This document shows positions 9,438-19,404 of a stretch of DNA of 64,000 nt, one piece after another. The notes below the pieces were generated by a model that did no database searches, was not told the origin of the DNA, and worked only from the letters and a program-made list of their open reading frames with translations. Position numbers and translations under genes: made by a program. The first letter of the stretch is position 1, and each line of letters starts with the position of its first letter. Origin of the DNA: Rhizomicrobium sp. (GTDB lineage Bacteria; Pseudomonadota; Alphaproteobacteria; Micropepsales; Micropepsaceae); the NCBI GenBank assembly GCA_036269235.1, contig DATASL010000018.1:82440-146439 (forward strand). The letters are read 5' to 3'.

Positions 9438-9986
9438 CTAACGTCCCGAAACCGGAATTACATTGATCTTCACCGTATTGCTCTGGACTTCGCCACCCGG
9501 GAAGGTGGTTGCAATATCGAACTCGTCGGGTCCCGAATAACCATTCCTGGACGTATAAAGGACGAAGATCGCCGGAATCATCTTTGAACCGCATGTTTGT
9601 TGCGGATTGTAGGCGCCGTAGACGGGTACTGCATCGTCGTTGGTTATCCTCACCACGCCGTGTGAAGCAGGACGCTTTACGACTGCAAGCGGAACGCCAC
9701 GCGAGGAACAGTCGCGATTCGCAGCGAGATAAAACCATACCTCCTGCTCCTGACCCGAAATTGCGCTGCGCACTCCGCCTTCGCGGGAAGACAGGCATTG
9801 GCCGCTAATCGACTCCGTGGCCGGCCCGGTCGAACTGCTGTCGAACCTGAACTGCAATCCTTCGGAATCGCAGTGTGCCATCGCGGTCTGTTCTATCGTT
9901 GCGACAGTCGTTGGCGCACATCCCACACCAATCGACAGGCCGGCGAACAGAACCAGGATGACTGATACGATTAATGGTCTCTCCAT
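9438..9986 (-). CDS. Hypothetical exported/lipoprotein, Cys-containing
   Basis: Hydrophobic N-terminus ending IGVGC; C-terminal YTSRNGYSGPDEF resembles an Ig-like segment; SD GGGGGG. Confidence 0.6.
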   Translation of the reverse strand: MERPLIVSVILVLFAGLSIGVGCAPTTVATIEQTAMAHCDSEGLQFRFDSSSTGPATESISGQCLSSREGGVRSAISGQEQEVWFYLAANRDCSSRGVPLAVVKRPASHGVVRITNDDAVPVYGAYNPQQTCGSKMIPAIFVLYTSRNGYSGPDEFDIATTFPGGEVQSNTVKINVIPVSGR

Positions 9987-9996
9987 TTTCCCCCCC

Positions 9997-11427
9997 TCAC
10001 GACGCTGGCTCCCGGCGCATTCTGTTTACTGATCCAAAACTCGCGAAGGCTGCTGCGACACAGGCCACAGCACAGATTCCGGCTGCGATATGAAAGGCGG
10101 AGAACAGTGCCGCGCCCCTTGCCGCGAGAACCCCGCCCAGCATTGCTGTTGCTACCAATCCCCCCAGCCGGGCGACGGCACTGTTCAGCCCGGATGCCGC
10201 GCCGGTGTGACTTGCGTCGACCGATGCAAGTACGGCCGTTGTCAGCGGCGCCACGGCACCGGCCATGCCCAATGAAATAACCAGGATCGCCGGCAGGAGG
10301 CCGCTCCAGTAGTTTGCGCCCGGGGTAAAACCCAGCAGCAGGAGAAACCCCAGTGCGACGATAAGCGGCCCAAGCGTCAGCGGAATCCGCGAGCCGACAC
10401 GCCCTGCAAATCCGCCCATGGCGCGCGCCGTCAGCGCGATCACGACAGGGAAAGGAAGCAACGCCGCCCCCGCCATGGTGCCGGAATAATGCGCACCTTC
10501 GATCAGGACATAAGGAATGAGGACGAGCAACGTCCCCAGCGCACCATAGAGCAGAAAGGTAAAAACCGTCAGGCCGATGAATTCCGCCGTATCGAAAAGC
10601 GCAAGCGGCATGACCGCATCGAGTTTTTCGCGCCGTTCGACCCACAGGAAAGCAAGCAGCAGCAAAAGGCCGGCCACTACGGCGCTTACCGCATTGGCCG
10701 ACCAGCCGGTGCGCCCGGTGCCGATCGTCAGGCCCCATGTCAACGCAGCCAGCGAAGATGTAATCAGCAGCGCGCCGCCAGCATCCAGCGGAGCGGCCTG
10801 CCGCTCACGCTTCGCTTCGCCCATAAAGGCGCCGGCCAGGGCGATTGCCGCCAAGGCGAGCGGGATGTTGACGAGAAATATTGTGCGCCAGCCGAATCGG
10901 TCGATCAGCCAGCCGCCAAGTACCGGCCCTATGGCCGCGGCCATGGAACTCGCAGCCGACCAGGTGCCGATCGCGCGACCGCGGGCTTCTCCCGCGAACG
11001 CAGATCCGAGAATGGCCAGACTATTGGGAAGCAGGAGCGCCGCGCCTATCCCCTGCAAACCGCGCGCGGCCAGCAGCAGATACAAATTTGCTGCGGCGGC
11101 GCAGAAGATAGAACCGATCCCGAAGAACGACACGCCGAGAAGCAGAACATTTCGGCGGCCGAAGCGGTCTCCCGCGGCGCCGCCAAGCAGCAACAAAGCG
11201 CTCAAAGGCAGCAGATAGGCGTTGATCACCCATTGCAGATTCTCGGCACCGGCATGGAGGCTCCCGCCGATGGCCGGAAGACCCACATTGACCACCGATC
11301 CATCGACGAAGGCCAGGCTGGATGCGAGTATCGATGTGGCGAGTACAAGTGCGGGCCGGGTGTGGGACACTCGCGAAGCGGTGCGTGCCTCGCACGCGTC
11401 GCCCGATGTCCCAAATGTCCACGTCAT
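9997..11427 (-). CDS. MFS drug-efflux transporter (DHA2, EmrB/QacA-like)
   Basis: DGSVVNVGLP, LQWVINAYLL, GDRFGRR motif A, GPVLGGWL, WRTIFLVNIP; about 14 TM segments; start uncertain. Confidence 0.9.
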   Translation of the reverse strand: MTWTFGTSGDACEARTASRVSHTRPALVLATSILASSLAFVDGSVVNVGLPAIGGSLHAGAENLQWVINAYLLPLSALLLLGGAAGDRFGRRNVLLLGVSFFGIGSIFCAAAANLYLLLAARGLQGIGAALLLPNSLAILGSAFAGEARGRAIGTWSAASSMAAAIGPVLGGWLIDRFGWRTIFLVNIPLALAAIALAGAFMGEAKRERQAAPLDAGGALLITSSLAALTWGLTIGTGRTGWSANAVSAVVAGLLLLLAFLWVERREKLDAVMPLALFDTAEFIGLTVFTFLLYGALGTLLVLIPYVLIEGAHYSGTMAGAALLPFPVVIALTARAMGGFAGRVGSRIPLTLGPLIVALGFLLLLGFTPGANYWSGLLPAILVISLGMAGAVAPLTTAVLASVDASHTGAASGLNSAVARLGGLVATAMLGGVLAARGAALFSAFHIAAGICAVACVAAAFASFGSVNRMRREPAS

Positions 11428-11476
11428 GCTGCGCAGCTTCGTTGCGGGAATTCCGGGCGCGTCATTTGATTGAAAT

Positions 11477-13411
11477 CTATAATGCGAGGAGTCTCGAAAG
11501 TTGTGCGCGGTCATCGGCGCTCAGATAGAGTTGCGCCGCCTGTTTCCATTGCGCACGCGCTTCGCTTTTCCGTCCCAGATAGTAGAGCGCCTTGCCCCAT
11601 TCGAGATGAAGCCGGGCCCAGTTCGGCGCAAATCCGGCCGCAGCTGAAAATTTCGCAAGCGCGAGGTCGGAACGGTTCGCCTGCATGAGCGCCTCGCCCC
11701 AGCCTTCAAGCGGATCGGCATAATGCGGCCCTCTTGCGCTCGCCTCGGCGAATTCGACCATGGCGCCGTCGTAATGACCCTTGCGCAGAAGCATCGTTCC
11801 CCAATCGTTGAATGCCATCGGAATGGAAGGACCTTCGCGCGTGGCGATCGCAAACCAGTAGGCCGCGCCGTCCCAATTCCTCGCAATCATGTCGATCCGC
11901 CCGCGAACGCGCGCGCAATCGTAACAATCAACCGGCGTAATCGCGATCAGCCGTCGCGCGCCGGCAATATCGCCCTGCTCGGCCTTAGCTTCTGCCAGCA
12001 ACGAATCAGGAATGCGCGTGTAGAGCGCCTCGAGTGCGTGGCGAAACGAAACAGGTGCAATCCGGAAAGCCGCACCACGATCAAGCAGGTGGGAAAGAGT
12101 ATTCCAATCATGCGCAAAATACGCGACGGCCGCACTTTGAAACCAGAGATTTATACGCGTATTGGGACTGGCGGCGTGCACCTGGGCAAGAAGCATCCGT
12201 GCGCGCGGCACGTCATGGTCCATCACCACCTGCAGCGCCTCGTCAATGGCCGCCTGCTGTTGTGAAGCGTTGCGGTCTGGCAGTTGGCGAATCGTCTCAT
12301 CCGTCGCCGCGGCCGCCAGGAAATCGCCAACAGTCGCGGTGAGAAATGATTTGTCCTGCAGCTTGATGATCGCGACGCGGTCGGGATCAAAAGCAGCTGC
12401 GTCCTTGTCGTAGAGAAGGACTGCCTGCCGGGTGTAACGATAACCCTCTTCAACGTGATCGAGGCTCTGCTCGGCGTTCGCGAGATTGTCCCACGCATGC
12501 GCGTTGGAAGGGTCTGCGGCAACGCCCGCGCGCAGGGTTGCGATCGCATTACCAGGCATGTTGTAGAACTGATAAAAATTGCCGAGAAGCGAATCGGCCC
12601 AGGCGCGCTCGGCCGGTGACGCGACGGCGGTGAGTTTCTTCGCGACGATGAATGCTTCTGGATAGCGCCCCATCTCGCTCAGGAAGGCCGCATAGCGATA
12701 GGGCTGCGTTTCGCCATAGATGGCCTCGGCCGCCTTCTGCAGCAGCTTGTCGAGATCCGCTTCCTTTCCGGTGAAAGTTGTTCCCGCGTCGCGCGCGCGT
12801 GCCGTAACTGCGATCCCGTCCGGCACACGGTAGATCTCGCCGGTAATATGCGTCTCGTGCCCGAGCCAGTGGCGCAGATAACGGTTCAGTTCGCTGATCG
12901 AAATTCCCGTATCCGGAATCTCGACCTTGATGTCGTCGCCCCAATTGTTGCGATAGGTATCGGCAGGGCGGATTGAGTTCGTTTCCTCCTGCATATGGGT
13001 GAGCTTGTCGAGCAACTGGCTCGCGACGACTTCGCCGTTCAGGCCACGGGTCGCGAAATCCGGCGGCACGGAGAACGCTTCGATGACGAGGCCATTGTCA
13101 CGGGCGGCGCTCCACATTGCGCTGGCGAGCGCGGCAACGATCGCAAGCACCACCAGGGCGACAGAAAGCTGGAAGGCAACTTTCATCACCTCATTGGCGT
13201 GCCGGACGCGCGACGTCCAGCGTGCGAGTGCGGCCTCTTCATCGATCTGATCGGCCTGCATGCGCGCGAGACGCGCCTGTTCGCGCAGAAGAATACGCGC
13301 ATCTTCGGTTATCGCCGGATCAGCGCGTGCCGCATCGAGAGCAATGCCGAGCGCGGCGGCGCCACCGTCGCCGTGCGCTCTTGCGCGTTCGTCGTTATCA
13401 GCCTTGTCCAC
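11477..13411 (-). CDS. Membrane-anchored tetratricopeptide-repeat protein
   Basis: N-terminal TM helix (LSVALVVLAIVAALASAMW), multiple TPR-like units (AWDNLA, AFNDWG, LEGWGEAL, HLEWGKAL). Confidence 0.8.
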   Translation of the reverse strand: MDKADNDERARAHGDGGAAALGIALDAARADPAITEDARILLREQARLARMQADQIDEEAALARWTSRVRHANEVMKVAFQLSVALVVLAIVAALASAMWSAARDNGLVIEAFSVPPDFATRGLNGEVVASQLLDKLTHMQEETNSIRPADTYRNNWGDDIKVEIPDTGISISELNRYLRHWLGHETHITGEIYRVPDGIAVTARARDAGTTFTGKEADLDKLLQKAAEAIYGETQPYRYAAFLSEMGRYPEAFIVAKKLTAVASPAERAWADSLLGNFYQFYNMPGNAIATLRAGVAADPSNAHAWDNLANAEQSLDHVEEGYRYTRQAVLLYDKDAAAFDPDRVAIIKLQDKSFLTATVGDFLAAAATDETIRQLPDRNASQQQAAIDEALQVVMDHDVPRARMLLAQVHAASPNTRINLWFQSAAVAYFAHDWNTLSHLLDRGAAFRIAPVSFRHALEALYTRIPDSLLAEAKAEQGDIAGARRLIAITPVDCYDCARVRGRIDMIARNWDGAAYWFAIATREGPSIPMAFNDWGTMLLRKGHYDGAMVEFAEASARGPHYADPLEGWGEALMQANRSDLALAKFSAAAGFAPNWARLHLEWGKALYYLGRKSEARAQWKQAAQLYLSADDRAQLSRLLAL

Positions 13412-13560
13412 GCCCGTTGCCCCGTCAGCGCCGCCAGAGTTTAGGCCGCAAGTCCGGCATGTGCGATGGGAAACTCAGGGATTGCAACAGCATGGCAATG
13501 ATCTGCGCCACGCACCGCGGCCATGGAACAAAGCCCGTTCCCTGGCTCGCGCTGCCGAAA

Positions 13561-13594
13561 TGCGAGGGCGCGCAACACGTTGCGCGCCCTCGCA
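13561..13594. terminator. Perfect 16-bp inverted repeat (terminator or REP-like hairpin)
   Basis: TGCGAGGGCGCGCAAC-AC-GTTGCGCGCCCTCGCA downstream of the tadG-like gene; a second hairpin at ~13617-13640. Confidence 0.5.
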
Positions 13595-13644
13595 GTGATC
13601 CGCCGATGCCGTGACTGCGGCGGCGCCTTCGCACCGCCGCTTCG

Positions 13645-15027
13645 TCACGTAGTATTGACTGGAAGCAGGCGCGGCGTCGAAGCGTCTACACCGATATAAG
13701 AAAAGATCGCTCCGAGTTGGCTCAGCGAATTGGCCGTCGATGTGCAGGCCGTAGAACCGCCCGACGTGTCGGAGAAGTATTTCGACGAATCCGAGGCGAT
13801 CTGTTGCATGGTGGAACACGGCGAAATGGCCGGCGTGTCGGTCGTGCAATCGCTGGTGCTGGTCGTGGCACCATAGGATATCGAATAGACCCAGGTGCCC
13901 GCCGCGGTCGCAGCCTGCGCAGCTGCGATGGCTTCATGGCACTGATTGTTGGATTCTCCGCCAGGCATATCGGAGCTGCTGGCATTGGCGGCGCCGTCGC
14001 TCAGCAGGATGATGACCTTGCGTGCCGTCGGCCGGTTGTCACTTGCAAGCGCCGACTGCGCCTGCGTGATCGCATCGGCAAAGAATGTTCCGACGCCGCC
14101 GACGGCCGAGAGACCCTGCTGACAGCCAACCGCACCGCCACGCGCCGCAAGCACGAGATTCGAACTTGTAGTCAATCCCGCACTGTCGGAACTGCGATAA
14201 TCACTGGAGAACGGTACAATCTGATAAACCGGACTGCTGGAGTATTTGGCAATTGTCGGCGCCGAGGTGCTGCAGTCTGTTTCGTATTGTGTCTGGTTCG
14301 ACTTCAGGCCGGGGAAAACCATCAACCCGACGCGATCGACCGGATTGGCGACATTGCCGTTCGTGGCGCTGCCGCAGGTCGACAGAGTCGCCGAGCATGG
14401 TGCGAGTTCCGCCAGAAGCGTCTTCACGCCGTTCACCGCGCATAATTCACGGGTCAACCCCGAAAAACCAAGGACGCCGCAGTTCAGGTCGACATTGTTC
14501 ATCGACGCCGTAGTGTCGAGAATGACCTCCACATCGAGAGGCTGGGCGGCGCCGCCTCTCGCGCTCGCAAGCGAGGTCGCGGAAATCGTCCACGAGTTGA
14601 AGCCGACGAGGCGTGCAAAGATAGTAGGAACAACCGCCTGCTGTGTCACCTCGATCGCGTTCGCGTTGTCCGGTCCGTTGCAGGAGACGCCGGTGCTGTG
14701 CAGACACTTCAGAGTCGGATAGCCGGATACCATGGTTACGTTCAGCTGCGCAGTGCTGTTGAGTGTTCCGGTCCCGGAAGAGCTGTAATGCGTTGCCGTG
14801 CTGACAGCCGTACCGCCCGTGCCTGTATTGATCATCTGCGCGCCCGCCAGTGCCGCCGCATCGGTCGACGTCTGCAACTTGTCCTGGCAATAGTAGACAT
14901 ACCCAAAGTCTACACCGAGGCCGAGCATTCCAATGAGGACGGTGGCGCAAAGACCGAAAAGGATGGAAATGGCGCCACGTTCGTCACGGCGAAAGTGTTT
15001 GAGAAACATGTCTGGACGACGGCTCAT
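13645..15027 (-). CDS. TadG-like pilus assembly protein with vWA domain
   Basis: RDERGAISILF prepilin-like start, LQTSTDAAALAGA, MIDAS-like ILDTTASM, IILLSDG. Confidence 0.85.
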   Translation of the reverse strand: MSRRPDMFLKHFRRDERGAISILFGLCATVLIGMLGLGVDFGYVYYCQDKLQTSTDAAALAGAQMINTGTGGTAVSTATHYSSSGTGTLNSTAQLNVTMVSGYPTLKCLHSTGVSCNGPDNANAIEVTQQAVVPTIFARLVGFNSWTISATSLASARGGAAQPLDVEVILDTTASMNNVDLNCGVLGFSGLTRELCAVNGVKTLLAELAPCSATLSTCGSATNGNVANPVDRVGLMVFPGLKSNQTQYETDCSTSAPTIAKYSSSPVYQIVPFSSDYRSSDSAGLTTSSNLVLAARGGAVGCQQGLSAVGGVGTFFADAITQAQSALASDNRPTARKVIILLSDGAANASSSDMPGGESNNQCHEAIAAAQAATAAGTWVYSISYGATTSTSDCTTDTPAISPCSTMQQIASDSSKYFSDTSGGSTACTSTANSLSQLGAIFSYIGVDASTPRLLPVNTT

Positions 15028-15497
15028 TCCACGCGCTCCGTAGCTCCGACGCTCAGCGTGCAGCCGGGCGCAAAATTCGTTCCCATGACTACCAGGCTAC
15101 ACGGGTAAGTGGCCGTCACCTGCGCAGGGACGCCGGCAGCCAGCGCTGCGCCGCATCCGGTATCCGAAGAACAACTCGTACCGTTCACGGAATAGCTGAT
15201 CGTGATGTTCGACGCCGTGAGATTCCCCGCCGACGCATAAACCTGGGTTTGCGTGTCGGTAACCGGCGTAGAGTCTCCCCGGCTTATTGCGAGCGTGCGC
15301 GCCCCGGCTCCGACGGCGTGCTCAAGGGTCATATAATTGCCGAGCACCATCGTGAACTGGCAAACGCCGGCGATCATCAGGAGAAGCACCGGAGCAAGAA
15401 ACGCGAACTCAATTGCGGCAACTCCGCTTTCCGAACACAGACTGGCGCGAGCCAGATTCGACCGCCTGAAGGACTTGCTTCCAAAAATTCGGCTCAT
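15024..15497 (-). CDS. TadE/TadG family pseudopilin
   Basis: SGVAAIEFAFLAPVLLLMI, AVGAGAR; 4-bp overlap with the tadG-like gene. Confidence 0.85.
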   Translation of the reverse strand: MSRIFGSKSFRRSNLARASLCSESGVAAIEFAFLAPVLLLMIAGVCQFTMVLGNYMTLEHAVGAGARTLAISRGDSTPVTDTQTQVYASAGNLTASNITISYSVNGTSCSSDTGCGAALAAGVPAQVTATYPCSLVVMGTNFAPGCTLSVGATERVE

Positions 15498-15645
15498 TGG
15501 CTACCCCTGTCCGCAAATGTGAAGCCGTTGCATTGCATTTGAAGCAAATAACACGGGTCGGGGCCGGATGCGCCGAATTCCTTCCAGGATAATTGAGAAA
15601 CTGTAAACGCGCGGCGCAAGACGTTCATTATATCGGGAGTACGCA

Positions 15646-16197
15646 TCAGACCTGATGGTTTACCGCCCCGAAATTTTCCGCCTGCCAGCTTACGAAAGCG
15701 ACGAATAGCGCCTGAACGCCCGTCTCCGCGTCACCGAGCGGTGCAAGGAGTGCTTCACCCTCAAGCCACGCCCGACCTCCGATGAGCATCTTCGAGCAGA
15801 ACCGGACCGGCCGGACGGCGCGGAAGCACGTCAAGAACGTTTCTCTCCACCTCTTCACCACGTGGGCCGGCAATACCTCCTCGAGAGGGCGGTTCATTAC
15901 CTGACCGTAAACTTCCGTTCCGTGCTGTCCCTGCAGCGAAACCCGAAAATCCGGCGCCGCCTCGGCGGAACTGGATATGACCTCGATCAGATTCACATTG
16001 GCAAGAAATTCGCGCATTCCGCTGGGGCTGAGCTCCTGTCGTCGCGGCATTTTCCGGTCACCGCACAATGTATGCCAATACGCGCAGGCCCGCTGGGTTG
16101 GCTGCCGGGTAAACTGCAAGTCCCAGTCCAGGATCAGAGGCGCGAGTGTCGGGTCGAGAACAGGACGCTGCTGGGCCGGCGGAGCGGCATAAGACAC
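15646..16197 (-). CDS. PAS domain protein (PAS_5 type)
   Basis: AYWHTLCGDRKMPRRQELSP..L, FRV.L.G, EALLAPL; SD GGAGG before GTG. Confidence 0.75.
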   Translation of the reverse strand: MSYAAPPAQQRPVLDPTLAPLILDWDLQFTRQPTQRACAYWHTLCGDRKMPRRQELSPSGMREFLANVNLIEVISSSAEAAPDFRVSLQGQHGTEVYGQVMNRPLEEVLPAHVVKRWRETFLTCFRAVRPVRFCSKMLIGGRAWLEGEALLAPLGDAETGVQALFVAFVSWQAENFGAVNHQV

Positions 16198-16278
16198 GCA
16201 AGACCTCCGTGGAATACAGGAAGAAAGAATCTGGACTACCGCGCGATCGTTACCACGCGATGATTACCCATTCCTTTC

Positions 16279-16842
16279 CTAGGGAAGTGTTACAAACAAT
16301 ATCGAAATATATGCCGCAAGAACGACCAGCGACAACGGCGCGACGATTTTGTGGACGATATCCCTCCGCGAGGCGAATCCGGCAACGCTGAGGCAGATGA
16401 ATATCGCATGACCTATGAGATCGTTGGTTCGGGGGAGCACGCCTCCCAGCACGAGACTTTTCGCCAGGCTGTCGAGCACGAGAAGAATGACGGCGGAAAA
16501 AAACCAGCGTGCCTCCCGGAAATAGGCGCGCCTGAGATCGACGGTCTCGTTTTCGCGAATATCGGGGACAAGGAACGCCGCCGCCAGATAGGCCAGCACC
16601 GGCTGCATCAGCACCACGAGAAAGCCTGGAAAGCTCCATTGCACACGTCCCCGCAATGCGAAGAGTGCCCACCAGAGCTGTACGTGAATCAGGAACACAA
16701 GGCCCATCTGTACAAGCAGCGGCCAGTACATCCTGATTCTGTCGCGTGCCCGGACTATCGCGGCGAACCCGGCCAGGAGGCTCGCCACGCCCAGACCCAG
16801 GACAATCGAGTTGAGAACCGAGAGATAGGAGAACGCGTCCAT
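16279..16842 (-). CDS. Conserved hypothetical membrane protein
   Basis: MDAFSYLSVLNSIVLGLG..; about 6 TM segments; DLRRAYF..RWFF. Confidence 0.75.
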   Translation of the reverse strand: MDAFSYLSVLNSIVLGLGVASLLAGFAAIVRARDRIRMYWPLLVQMGLVFLIHVQLWWALFALRGRVQWSFPGFLVVLMQPVLAYLAAAFLVPDIRENETVDLRRAYFREARWFFSAVILLVLDSLAKSLVLGGVLPRTNDLIGHAIFICLSVAGFASRRDIVHKIVAPLSLVVLAAYISILFVTLP

Positions 16843-16906
16843 CGGGCACCGCGCGATATTCCGTGTCAGATGCTATGATCCACTTCCACTCGGGAAAGAC
16901 CAGCCG

Positions 16907-17455
16907 TTGAACGACGAAGCATCGATCCGTAGCGCGACGCCGGCGGATGCGGCCGCCATCGGGCGTGTACACGCCGCCTGCCTGTCCGAAACCTACACGG
17001 GTCTGATGCCGGCCGATTGGCTGGCCGCCCGGACGGAGGAGGAAAGAACCTCGCAATGGGAGACCGTTCTCAACCAGCCTGCTGCGTGCGGCGCCATCGC
17101 CGTCTATCTCGCCGAACGGGACGGCACGATTTGCGGCTTTGCGTCCTGTGGCTGGCAAAGAACAGAACTGCTGAAGCGATCAGGATTCATTGGCGAGTTC
17201 AGCGCGATCTACGTGCTTCGGAGTTTTCAGCGGCGGGGGGTCGGCCTGTCGCTTATGCACAGCCTTGCCTCGGCGCTGACGGAGACAGGGATTAATGCCG
17301 CGGCACTCTGGTGTCTGAAAGACAATGCGGACGCGCGCAAATTCTACGAACGCATCGGCGGCGAATTCCTTATCGAGCAGCAGGGATCCGAAGCTCATGC
17401 CAATTGCATTGAGGTCGCCTATGGCTGGCGCGATATCGCGCGATTGGGCAAATAA
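16907..17455 (+). CDS. GNAT N-acetyltransferase
   Basis: IRSATPADAAAI, AIYVLRSFQRRGVG, NADARKFYERIGG. Confidence 0.9.
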   Translation: MNDEASIRSATPADAAAIGRVHAACLSETYTGLMPADWLAARTEEERTSQWETVLNQPAACGAIAVYLAERDGTICGFASCGWQRTELLKRSGFIGEFSAIYVLRSFQRRGVGLSLMHSLASALTETGINAAALWCLKDNADARKFYERIGGEFLIEQQGSEAHANCIEVAYGWRDIARLGK

Positions 17456-17487
17456 GGCGCTCCCGCAAATCCGGATCAAGCGATTCC

Positions 17488-19314
17488 TCACGCCGCCCTG
17501 GTTTGCGCGATGTAACGATCGACGACACCGTCCAGCACGTCAAGCGGCACGCGGCCGCAATCAAGACCGGCTTCGTGAAAATCCTTGATGTTGTAACGTG
17601 GACCAAGGGCAGTTTTTGCACGGTCGCGCGCATTGATCCAGACCGTATGCCCCAGCTTGTAACTGCAGGCCTGTCCCGGCGTGGCACAATAACGCTCCAC
17701 TTCGCGCGTGACGAATCCCGGCGCATCGCCTTCCTGATCGATGAAATACTGAATTGCCTGTTCGCGCGTCCATTTCAGGTGATGGATGCCCGTATCGACT
17801 ACACAACGATTGGCGCGGAAGAGCTGGAACTTCAGATAGCCGATACGGCCGAGCGGATCGTCGTCATACATACCGATCTCATCGGCCAGCTGCTCGGCAT
17901 AGAGCGCCCAGCCTTCGGCATAGCCCGAGAAGCCGATAGTCTTGCGGATCAAGGGAAGTTCCTTGTTCGACAGGGCAAGTCCGCCTTCCAGCTGATGGCC
18001 GGGCAGTCCTTCGTGAAACACCGTCGTCGACAATGCCCATTTCGGCCATTCGGCGCTGTCGTGCAGATTGAAATAGACGATGCCGGGCCGCGAGCCATCG
18101 AGCGACGGAGGCTGCGAAAACGCCGCGGCGGCGCCCGGTTCGGTCTGGGGCGGCACGCGACGCACTTCAAACGTGTATTGCGGAAGTCGTTTGAACACGA
18201 CCGGCAGTCGCGGCCTGATCTGCGCAAGCCGCTGGTTGCAATACGCGATGGCGTCCGCTTTGCCGGTGTCGGTATTGGGATAGAGTGACTTCGGATCCTT
18301 GTACATCGCAGCAATCCGTTCGCCGACGCTACCCTGCGTCATCCCCTGTGCCCGGAGCAGCATGTCGAGCCGCGCGGAAATCTCCTTTGCCTGATCGAGT
18401 CCCAGCTGATGGATCTCTTCCGCATTTTTTGACGTCGTCGTCGCAGAGCGCAGCGCCGCCGTATAGAACCTTTCACCCTGCTTCAACTTCCACAGGCCGG
18501 CATCGTGCGTTGCCTGCGTCCGCAAGGATTTCGCCTCGGCGATCTGACGGTCGAGCGCAGGTCCGACTTTCTCCTCGTATATTGCCGCCGCACGCGTCGC
18601 GTAACTGTCGGGAAGACCTTTTTCCTTTGCCCGGCGCGTGATGGAAGTGACCAGCAGCGATTTGTCTGCCGTGGTGCGCGTCGCATTCATCTGTGCGAGC
18701 GCAGTATCGAGAAGGAAGTCCGGCGGTATGACGCCCTGCGCGGCATCATGCTTCATGCGCTCGGTGTCGTTGTCGAGCTGAACGGCGAAGGCGTCCAGCC
18801 GCGCCAGATAGGCATCTGCATCCGCGGCGTTTTCGATTCGATGCTTGGTATCAAGAAAGTCGGGTACGCTCTGATATGCGCCGGTAAGCTGGCTCACCAC
18901 ATAGGGCGACGGACCGAACGAGGCGCCGCCGAAATCAAACGCCGCCACCTGCGCACGCGACTGCGTCGTATAAAGCAGCGTGTCGTAGTTCACCCGCGCC
19001 ATGCCGTGAAGTTGTGCGGGATCAATCGTCATCAATCGCCGCATCTGGTCGAGATTGAGGGCTTTCGCGGCGGCGACCCCGGCCGCGGAGGCGTCGCGAA
19101 GCTTGCTTCGCAGATCGGCGTTTGCGCCGGTATCGAGCCCGAGGACGGTAGCGCCTTCGGGATTCTGCCGCAGGTTTTCCTGCATGAAGGCCGTCATCAG
19201 CCCGTCGAGCTTCGCAGCCGCAGCATTTGATGGCGGTTGTTCCTCGGCGAACGAGAATGTGGGCAGTGCAGCGAACGCCGCAGTAGTGGCAAGCAGCTCA
19301 CGACGACTCAGCAT
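17488..19314 (-). CDS. DUF885 family protein, Tat-exported
   Basis: Tat signal SRRELL; FHEGLPGHQLE, EGWALYAE, VVDTGIH, PGQACSYKLG. Confidence 0.92.
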   Translation of the reverse strand: MLSRRELLATTAAFAALPTFSFAEEQPPSNAAAAKLDGLMTAFMQENLRQNPEGATVLGLDTGANADLRSKLRDASAAGVAAAKALNLDQMRRLMTIDPAQLHGMARVNYDTLLYTTQSRAQVAAFDFGGASFGPSPYVVSQLTGAYQSVPDFLDTKHRIENAADADAYLARLDAFAVQLDNDTERMKHDAAQGVIPPDFLLDTALAQMNATRTTADKSLLVTSITRRAKEKGLPDSYATRAAAIYEEKVGPALDRQIAEAKSLRTQATHDAGLWKLKQGERFYTAALRSATTTSKNAEEIHQLGLDQAKEISARLDMLLRAQGMTQGSVGERIAAMYKDPKSLYPNTDTGKADAIAYCNQRLAQIRPRLPVVFKRLPQYTFEVRRVPPQTEPGAAAAFSQPPSLDGSRPGIVYFNLHDSAEWPKWALSTTVFHEGLPGHQLEGGLALSNKELPLIRKTIGFSGYAEGWALYAEQLADEIGMYDDDPLGRIGYLKFQLFRANRCVVDTGIHHLKWTREQAIQYFIDQEGDAPGFVTREVERYCATPGQACSYKLGHTVWINARDRAKTALGPRYNIKDFHEAGLDCGRVPLDVLDGVVDRYIAQTRAA

Positions 19315-19404
19315 GGCGATTCCCCTCGATCGAACCTGATGAGCTTCCTCGTATTTCGCATAATCGCAAGTGTAAATGAGCGCACGGCAGCAATGCGCGG
19401 GCGC

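Noticed and set aside
15505-15514. CCCTGTCCGC matching the tRNA-Ser 3' end as a possible attR
   Set aside because: Only 10 bp, expected by chance, and it overlaps the tadE ribosome-binding region
15594-15608. TTGA-N7-TAAAC as a CtrA box upstream of tadE
   Set aside because: Two mismatches to TTAA-N7-TTAAC; plausible but not supportable
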